A DNA stretch of 64,000 nt from Candidatus Sulfomarinibacteraceae bacterium (GTDB lineage: Bacteria; Acidobacteriota; Thermoanaerobaculia; Thermoanaerobaculales; Sulfomarinibacteraceae): positions 235,566 through 299,565 of the forward strand of contig CAVYKX010000004.1 in NCBI GenBank assembly GCA_963769215.1, in the 5' to 3' direction. This document shows positions 57,511 to 64,000 of this stretch, in pieces. The translations under genes were made by a program, and so were the position numbers. Position 1 is the first letter of the stretch. Each line of letters opens with the position of its first letter. The notes beneath the pieces were generated by a model that was given only the letters and a program-made list of their open reading frames with translations, did no database searches and was not told the origin of the DNA.

Positions 57511-58670
57511 GCTGCGACGGCCTCGACGATTTCTGCGTGGATCTCCCGGGAGGAGTGAACCACACCACCGATCTTCGACAGCGGTACCACCTCGCAGTCG
57601 ACGAATCGCTCCACCTCGCGGGCCAGCTGCCCGAGGTTCATTTCCGGCACGAGCAGCCGATCAAGGCCTCGGCACGCCTCCTGAATCCTGGCGATCGGGA
57701 ACGGCCAGATGGTCACCGGCCGGCAGAAATTGACCCGGTGGCCATCGCCCCTGGCCCGGAGCACGGCCCCTTTGGCGGGGCGGGCCGTGGCGCCGTAGGC
57801 GAGGACGCCCACTCCGGCGCCTTCCTCCACATCAACATCCACCAGGGAGATCTCCTCTCGCGCCCCTTCGATTTTGGCCACCAGCCGGCGGACGAGCCGG
57901 TCGTGGACCGACTGCGTCTGCACATCGCGCAGCCCGTCTTCCTTGTGGGTGGACCCGGTAACATGCACGAAGCCGCCGTCGCCGAACTCCATCATCGGCG
58001 GAATGGTCTCGCCGCCGAACACGAGCTCCCCTTCGTCGGCCTTCCTGCGATCTCTTCGGTGAACCGTGCTCGGATCGGGCAGGATGACGCGCTCCCGGAG
58101 ATGACCGATTTCACCATCCATCAGGAGGATAACCGGTGTACGGTACTCCTCGGAGAGATTGAAGCAATGGATCACCAGATCGAAACACTCCTGCGCTGAG
58201 GAGGGCGCGACGGCGATGATTTCGTGGTCGCCATGGGTTCCCCATCGCGCCTGCATGACGTCGCCCTGGGCCGGCAGCGTCGCCTGCCCGGTCGACGGGC
58301 CCGAACGCTGTACATCGATGATGACGCACGGTGTTTCGGTCATGCAGGCGTAGCCGATGTTCTCCTGCATGAGGGAGAACCCGGGGCCGCTGGTGGCGGT
58401 CATCGCCCGGGCGCCGGCCCACGCCGCACCAATCACCGCAGAGATGGAAGCGAGTTCGTCCTCGTACTGGACGTAATAACCGCCGATGTTCGGCAGCTCT
58501 CGTGCCATCACCTCGGCGATTTCCGATGCAGGCGTGATCGGATAGCCGCCGAAAAAGGAGCAGCCGGCGAAAATGGCGCCGAACGCGGCCGCCTCGTCAC
58601 CCTGAATGAAATGCTCCTCCCTCGCCAGTCTGGCCAAGTAGAGGTCGGTAAGCTCGATGTCAGACCGCAC
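57504..58670 (-). CDS. 2-oxoacid:ferredoxin oxidoreductase alpha subunit, set 1
   Basis: GYPITPASEIAE, YEDELASISAVIGAAWAG, TATSGPGFSLMQENIGYACMTETPCVIIDVQRSGPSTGQAT, PEMNLGQL. Intact, 388 aa. Confidence 0.85.
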   Translation of the reverse strand: MRSDIELTDLYLARLAREEHFIQGDEAAAFGAIFAGCSFFGGYPITPASEIAEVMARELPNIGGYYVQYEDELASISAVIGAAWAGARAMTATSGPGFSLMQENIGYACMTETPCVIIDVQRSGPSTGQATLPAQGDVMQARWGTHGDHEIIAVAPSSAQECFDLVIHCFNLSEEYRTPVILLMDGEIGHLRERVILPDPSTVHRRDRRKADEGELVFGGETIPPMMEFGDGGFVHVTGSTHKEDGLRDVQTQSVHDRLVRRLVAKIEGAREEISLVDVDVEEGAGVGVLAYGATARPAKGAVLRARGDGHRVNFCRPVTIWPFPIARIQEACRGLDRLLVPEMNLGQLAREVERFVDCEVVPLSKIGGVVHSSREIHAEIVEAVAAC

Positions 58671-58841
58671 TTCTCACCAGCTTTCTACTCCGGCCGATGA
58701 TGCGCAATACCCAGCGTCGTTTTCTCATTTCGAGGGGCTCGACGTACCGTCAAGTACGCCTCCACGCCTCTCAAGTCGAAAACGCCACCGGGCACAGCAC
58801 CTCGCCTACCTTGTGACGAAACCTCGTGAGAAGAGCGGGCT

Positions 58842-59063
58842 TCAGGAGACCTGTTCATCAAGCCACTCGTTCGCGATGAAAATCGCGAACTCCGGGCAGA
58901 GGAGCTCGCAGAGTCTGCAGCCGTGGCACTCGTGCTCCTGGACCACCACCGGCGGGTAGTAGCCCTTGCGATTGAGAGTGTCGGACTCTCCGAGGACTCC
59001 CGTCGGGCAGAACTCAGAGCAGATCCGGCATCCCTTGCAGAACTCTTCGTCGATATAGATCAT
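58842..59063 (-). CDS. 4Fe-4S dicluster ferredoxin-type delta subunit
   Basis: CKGCRICSEFCP and CHGCRLCELLCP cluster motifs. 73 aa. Confidence 0.8.
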   Translation of the reverse strand: MIYIDEEFCKGCRICSEFCPTGVLGESDTLNRKGYYPPVVVQEHECHGCRLCELLCPEFAIFIANEWLDEQVS

Positions 59064-59196
59064 GCATCATCCCTCGAATGTCGCCGATGTGCAGTGCTGA
59101 CAACGAATTTAGCAATTCCACCGACCCCGGTCAACGCGGCGGCCGCGCGCCGCCGACGCTGAATGCTGCATACTCAAAGGCGAGGAGCACCAACCG

Positions 59197-60783
59197 ATGA
59201 CGCTTTCGGAAATCCTGCCGCGCGCCGCCTCCCTGTGGCCGAACCAGACGGCGGTGATCTGCGGATCACACGAGTTCACCTACCGCGAGGTCAGCGACAG
59301 GGTCGGTCGATTGGTCGCCGCTCTGGCGAAGCTTGGGGTCAGAGCGGGAGATCGGGTCGCGGTCCTGCACCGGAACTGCCACCGGATGCTCGAGGCGTAC
59401 TTTGCGGCGGTTCACGCCGGGGCGATTCTGGTGCCCATGAATCACCGGCTCACCGCAGGGGACCTGGCGTACATTCTCGACGACACCTCGTGCAGGGTGA
59501 TGATCGCTGACGACGGCTGGTCCGACCTCGCCGCGAATGCGATCGCAACCGCGCACATCCCGTGCACTCCCATCTGGAGCAGAATGGACGGGCGGACCGA
59601 GCCAGGCGTCGAGGGGCCGGACTATGAGAGTCTGCTGGAGGAGGTCGGCGAGCAGCAGCTCCCCGACCCCACCTCGAACGAAGACGACCCGGCCAATGTG
59701 TACTACACGAGCGGCACCACCGGCCATCAGAAAGGGGTCGTGCTCACCCACCGCAATATCTCGAGCCACGCCCTCTCGACCATCGCCGAGCTCGCTCTGG
59801 CCGACAGCGACACATGGGGGCACGTGGCGCCCATGTTCCACCTCGCCGACGCCTGGGCCACCTGGGCGATCACCTGGGTCGGCGGGCGTCACGTAATGGT
59901 GGGCGCTTTCGATCCCGCCCCGGTGTTCCAAACCCTGGCCGAGTGCGAGGTGACGGTGACGAATCTGGTCCCGACCATGCTCAACGATCTGGTCAACCAC
60001 CCGGACTCGCGGGCCATCCGGCTGCCGGCGTTTCGCCTCGTGATGAGCGGAGGAGCGCCTATCTCGCCGCAGCTCGTGGAGCGGGTCATCGACACCTTCC
60101 GTTGCGAATACGTACAGACCTACGGCCTCACCGAAACCAGCCCCTACCTCACCTTCTCCCTCCTCAAGGAGCATCTCCGGCGCCTGCCGCCGGACGAACA
60201 GATGCGCTACCGCTCGATGACCGGCCGGCCCGCCCTCGGCGTCGAGCTGCGACTGGTCGACGAGGAGGGACATGATGTTCCCGCGGATGGGTGCACCGTT
60301 GGGGAGATCATCGCTCGCGGTGACCGCATCACCCCTGGTTACTGGCAATTGCCCGACGCCACCGCCGAGGCGTTTCGCGACGGATGGTTCCACACCGGCG
60401 ACCTCGCCACCGTCGAGGGCGAAGGCTACTTCAACATCGTCGACCGAAAGAAGGACGTGATCCTCACCGGCGGCGAGCTGGTCTACTCCACCGAGGTGGA
60501 GAACGCCCTCTACGACCATCCGGCTGTCTTCGAGGCGGCGGTGATCGGAGTCGCCGACGATCGCCTGGGCGAGAGCGTCGCCGCCTTCGTTGTGCTCAGG
60601 AGCGGCGAATCGTGCGGCGCCGACGAGCTGGCGCGACACTGCCATGACCGGCTCGCCCACTACAAGTGCCCCCGCACGGTCGGCATCGTCGAGGCCCTGC
60701 CGAAGACCGGTTCCGGCAAGATCTCGAAGAAGACTCTGCGGGAGCGGGCTAGCCGGACGACTCCTTCTCATCGAGGGCTTTGA
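59197..60783 (+). CDS. AMP-dependent acyl-CoA synthetase/ligase (long-chain fatty-acid--CoA ligase-like)
   Basis: YYTSGTTGHQKGV (AMP-binding P-loop), QTYGLTETS, WFHTGDLA, DRKKDVILTGGE, GKISKK. Confidence 0.85.
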   Translation: MTLSEILPRAASLWPNQTAVICGSHEFTYREVSDRVGRLVAALAKLGVRAGDRVAVLHRNCHRMLEAYFAAVHAGAILVPMNHRLTAGDLAYILDDTSCRVMIADDGWSDLAANAIATAHIPCTPIWSRMDGRTEPGVEGPDYESLLEEVGEQQLPDPTSNEDDPANVYYTSGTTGHQKGVVLTHRNISSHALSTIAELALADSDTWGHVAPMFHLADAWATWAITWVGGRHVMVGAFDPAPVFQTLAECEVTVTNLVPTMLNDLVNHPDSRAIRLPAFRLVMSGGAPISPQLVERVIDTFRCEYVQTYGLTETSPYLTFSLLKEHLRRLPPDEQMRYRSMTGRPALGVELRLVDEEGHDVPADGCTVGEIIARGDRITPGYWQLPDATAEAFRDGWFHTGDLATVEGEGYFNIVDRKKDVILTGGELVYSTEVENALYDHPAVFEAAVIGVADDRLGESVAAFVVLRSGESCGADELARHCHDRLAHYKCPRTVGIVEALPKTGSGKISKKTLRERASRTTPSHRGL

Positions 60784-60862
60784 GGATCTTCTGCGGCGTG
60801 ATGGGCAGCTCGGTCATGCGGACGCCGATAGCGTCGTAGATGGCGTTGGCGATCGAGCCGCA
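60749..60862 (-). pseudogene. C-terminal fragment (about 37 codons) of a CoxL/XdhA-type molybdopterin hydroxylase large subunit
   Basis: My minus-strand translation gives GSIANAIYDAIGVRMTELPITPQKILKALDEKESSG-stop, which is the typical C-terminus of this family. There is no upstream body. It overlaps the ligase stop convergently. Confidence 0.45.
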
Positions 60863-60865
60863 GCT

Positions 60866-61214
60866 TCGTTTTCGCCTCGGCGAGACATTCTTCGCGGAAC
60901 TGAGCTGGAGCTATAACGATATTGATATCCCGGCAGGAGCCTTCACCACCAATCTGGGGCGCATACGGCTCTCATACAACTTTACGACGCTGGTCTCCCT
61001 CCAGGCACTGATTCAGTACAACGATCGCGACGAAGTCTGGGCCGCCAACCTCCGATTCACGTGGCTTCGCGAAGCCGGAAGCGGCCTTCACGTTGTCCAT
61101 AACGAAATCCAGGACTTGTACGGCGATCTCGAAATGGGTGACCTCGGCGGGGCGAGAGCCGCCAGTCGAAGCCTGATCATCAAGTACAGTTATCTCTTCG
61201 ATCTCCTCAAGTAA
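60866..61214 (+). pseudogene. C-terminal fragment of a DUF5916-type outer-membrane/carbohydrate-binding-family protein
   Basis: FAELSWSYNDIDIPAGAFTTNLGRIRLSYNFTTLVSLQALIQYNDRDEVWAANLRFTWLREAGSGLHVVHNE...SLIIKYSYLFDLLK resembles the last 110 aa or so of roughly 750-aa proteins. There is no N-terminal part or signal peptide. Confidence 0.5.
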
Positions 61215-61420
61215 ACCCGGCTGAGCGTCCACCATATGGTCGGGAGCCTTCAGCTGCCGCTGTTGGTGTCGATTGTCCCTATAACCGGCACGCTTGCGGT
61301 TTCCGCCGCCCGTAATTGTCCCCGTTCCCTGACAACAAATGAACGCCGTGCAGGAGGGATGTTCCTCCTCACTCCATTGATTCCGCGCATAAGATTGGAA
61401 AGGGTGTTGGAGGCCCGGGC

Positions 61421-61801
61421 CATGGGAGATTTCGAAATCAGGTCGGACGCTCCAAAGAACGCCTCTACATTCGTCTGCTCGGTTTCTTCAAGAAGGGTGA
61501 TGCGGAGCCGGCGATCGACCGACTTCGTCTGGAACTCGAGAACCTCCCGCCACCCTTCGATGTCATAACCGACATTTCCAGTTTCATGCCGGGCTCGACC
61601 AAGGCTGCGGAGGCGTTACGAATCGGCGGGGAACTTGTCAAGGAACGCGGACGGCGCCGGGCGGTCCGCGTCACCGGCGGCATTGTGACCGGGCTGATGC
61701 AATTCAAGCGCATGCTGGGTGGTGTCTTCGACGAAGACGAGAACGTTCGGTACGCCAGGTCCATCGAAGAGGTCGATGAAATCCTCGACGGCTGGGACTG
61801 A
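61421..61801 (+). pseudogene. Small STAS/SpoIIAA-like protein, one frameshift near 61455
   Basis: MGDFEIRSDAPKNA joins (my translation) LYIRLLGFFKKGDAEPAIDRLRLELENLPPPFDVITDISSFMPGSTKAAEALRIGGELVKERG.... The family call is tentative. Confidence 0.4.
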
Positions 61802-61807
61802 CGACGA

Positions 61808-64000
61808 TCAGTTCCGGATTTCTTCGTCCGCCCGGTCGGCGTTCTTGCGGTGGCGGGTACCAATCAATAGCAACGCGAGACAACCGAAAGCGCCGGCAAG
61901 CCCGATGAAGTTTGCCGCGGTTGTGTTCGGATCGTCGTACTGCAACTCGACCAAATGTTTTCCAGGTTCGATCCACAGTCCGGTCAGGCTGATTTCGCAG
62001 CGCTCGAGATCCACGGGGTTTCCGTCCACCGTCGCCCGCCAATACCGGTCCCACGTTTGAGTTACGACCACGAAGGATCTTTCAGGTCCAACGGCTTCCA
62101 CGTCGAATCTGCGGTGATCCGCTGCCAACTCGGTCTCATTGATGCGACACGGTGAAACCTCGCCGATCGGCCCGGGGTCCTTACGATCCACGATCACCGT
62201 GCGCCGTATCTCAGCTGGTGTGATGTCGCGAACGATCCTGGACCAGCCGGTCCTGCCGTCGGCAGCAATCACGACCTCTGCACACGAAATGCCGGGTCGG
62301 GGTGATCGGACGGGGCTCAATACCGGACGCGGCTCCGCCGCCTCATTTTCGGAACACGAAAAAACCGCTGTGACACCGCGGTTCGCCAGGACACCGGGCA
62401 GCAGGTCCGGCCGGTCGGAGCCCAATCCCGCGACCGCCTGCACGGCGCCGTCGGTGTGAAGGAGCTGAGTGAGATCGTAGGAATGATTGAGCGCGAGGGG
62501 AATGCCCCACTGCACCGGGCGGGGCGGGAGAGCGGGGTGCGCACTCCTGCAGCCGGGCTGCCAGGACGCGAGGTCGAAGAGCCGCTCGGGGCGGCCTGAG
62601 GTGAGCAAGACTTCGAGGTCGGCGGGGACCCTGTCGAGACTCTCCGGTGTTTGGGTGGAAATCAGAGAGTTGCCGAATATCCCGAGATCAACGGCGAGGA
62701 CCGCTGCCAGCACGAGCACACCCCGTCTCCAACCAATCAAAGGCGCCAGTTGCCACGCGACAAGGGTCACGATCGCTGCACCTGCGGTGAGCGCCGAAGC
62801 GACGACGAATGAACGGGTGAGCGCTGAATCGTCGAGGTCCACGAGAGTGCCGCTTCCGGGCAGCGCCGCTCCTACAGACACCGCCAGGAAGACGGCGAAA
62901 AGGGCCGCAGCCATGAGGCACGTCGACACAGCCTTTCGGGTCCACCGATCGCCGTTCCTCGCGTTGTCGAGAGCGGATGCTGCAAGCACCACCGCCGTGA
63001 TGACTGGAAGTACGATCCATTTCTCCGGGTACCGGACTCCACCGATGAGGGGCAGGCGGGAGACCACCGCACCCCAGACCGGAGTTGCCGAACCGAGAGC
63101 CGCGATGGCCCCGGCGGACGCAGCCGCAATCCACGGCCAGGTTGATTTTCTTCGCGTGACCGCCCCGGCCAGCGCGAGGGCCGAGACGAGCATGCCGGAA
63201 TACAGCGAGAGGATCAGTGGTGAGCCTGAACGTTCTGCATAGGTCGTTCCAGACCACGCCCATCGAGTCTGTTTGGGATCTCCTGCAATCCTCGGGTGCC
63301 ACGGTTCGAGGAGTCGGAGAGCGGGCAATGACCACTCCGCGGCCCTGTCGAAGGCGTCGGGTGAGACGCGGACAGACCGTTGGGAGAGAGCGGCCCCGGG
63401 CAGAACCACCGGTGCGGCCAGGGCGGCCGCGAGCAGAACAACCCCGCCAAGGCGAAGAAGCGTCATTCTTCCGGAGAGTCCGGTTCCGGTACGAAGGTCC
63501 TTGTCGATTCTTGCGCTCCAAATTGCGGCGAGAACCACAACTGCAGCTGCGACGATGGAAACGGGGGCGCCGCCCGCGATGCACAGTGCCGTGCCGGCTG
63601 CGGCAAGAATCAGAGATATGGTCGACGACCCCGAAACCGCCCTCAATACGAAAGCTGCGGCCCCCGGAGCCAGCATGGCGGTCCAGGCCACCGGAGGCAT
63701 GACGACGGTGGAGAGGGCGAAGCCGCCGAATGCCCACGCCGCTGCAATCAAAATTGAGGTGTCGCGGCTCCTTCCCAACTCGCGGAGGAGGAGGTACATG
63801 CCGGCCGCACCCAGCGGCAGGGGCAACAGAACCCAGATGAGGAAAGCGAGATCGAATGGCAGCACTCGGAAGAGGAGTGTGCTCGGGTGGCCGGCGCCGA
63901 AGTGAGGATTTGCGCGAAACGGCTGGCCCGATGCCAGGTAGGGTGCCCAACCCGGGGTGACCCCGTCGTTCTCGGCCCAGAGGCGAAGCATCATGGCCTT
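61808..64000 (-). CDS. YfhO-like large polytopic membrane protein (probably continues beyond the window end)
   Basis: At least 728 aa with many TM helices. N-terminal W..GWAPYLASGQPFRANPHFGAGHPSTLLF resembles the YfhO motif. The frame stays open to base 64000. Confidence 0.6.
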   Translation of the reverse strand, partial: KAMMLRLWAENDGVTPGWAPYLASGQPFRANPHFGAGHPSTLLFRVLPFDLAFLIWVLLPLPLGAAGMYLLLRELGRSRDTSILIAAAWAFGGFALSTVVMPPVAWTAMLAPGAAAFVLRAVSGSSTISLILAAAGTALCIAGGAPVSIVAAAVVVLAAIWSARIDKDLRTGTGLSGRMTLLRLGGVVLLAAALAAPVVLPGAALSQRSVRVSPDAFDRAAEWSLPALRLLEPWHPRIAGDPKQTRWAWSGTTYAERSGSPLILSLYSGMLVSALALAGAVTRRKSTWPWIAAASAGAIAALGSATPVWGAVVSRLPLIGGVRYPEKWIVLPVITAVVLAASALDNARNGDRWTRKAVSTCLMAAALFAVFLAVSVGAALPGSGTLVDLDDSALTRSFVVASALTAGAAIVTLVAWQLAPLIGWRRGVLVLAAVLAVDLGIFGNSLISTQTPESLDRVPADLEVLLTSGRPERLFDLASWQPGCRSAHPALPPRPVQWGIPLALNHSYDLTQLLHTDGAVQAVAGLGSDRPDLLPGVLANRGVTAVFSCSENEAAEPRPVLSPVRSPRPGISCAEVVIAADGRTGWSRIVRDITPAEIRRTVIVDRKDPGPIGEVSPCRINETELAADHRRFDVEAVGPERSFVVVTQTWDRYWRATVDGNPVDLERCEISLTGLWIEPGKHLVELQYDDPNTTAANFIGLAGAFGCLALLLIGTRHRKNADRADEEIRN

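Overview
This is a 64-kb, high-GC chromosomal segment from a bacterium with an outer membrane (lpxA-fabZ-lpxD-skp-bamA, lolDE, lptE and OmpW are all present). Taxonomy cannot be fixed from the sequence alone. I count about 60 protein-coding genes, mostly housekeeping:
- two tandem ECF sigma / anti-sigma / exported-protein operons;
- an envelope-biogenesis block, followed by a clpC-like gene, lolDE and lysS;
- rarA, carD, a cysteine desulfurase, pruA, a MocR regulator with an aminotransferase, a GNAT and a sirtuin;
- a CCA-adding-type enzyme, cstA and gcdH;
- a thiolase / DUF35 / SDR / hydrolase set;
- two adjacent 2-oxoacid:ferredoxin oxidoreductase gene sets;
- an acyl-CoA synthetase and a YfhO-like membrane protein.

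I saw no rRNA, tRNA, CRISPR array, transposase, integrase or recognisable defence genes.

Two things are not explained by the gene list.

1. Intergenic DNA is dominated by two interspersed repeat systems that follow a strand-aware layout at gene boundaries.
   - (a) A G-rich box, often a canonical G3N1 quadruplex motif (C-rich on the other strand), sits next to 3-5 tandem AT-rich heptamers. The heptamer sequence differs between loci.
   - (b) A roughly 130-nt rod-hairpin element occurs in at least 9 copies, with compensatory stem changes and a shared GCAGAAGAGC junction.
   - I do not recognise either as a described element family. Together they are my best candidate for something new in this window.

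2. Reading frames are broken by many indels. These are extremely dense at 32.3-42.2 kb, where essential genes are hit, and occur in smaller clusters elsewhere. Assembly or polishing error is the simplest explanation.

All protein calls come from reading the translations. No database search was run.
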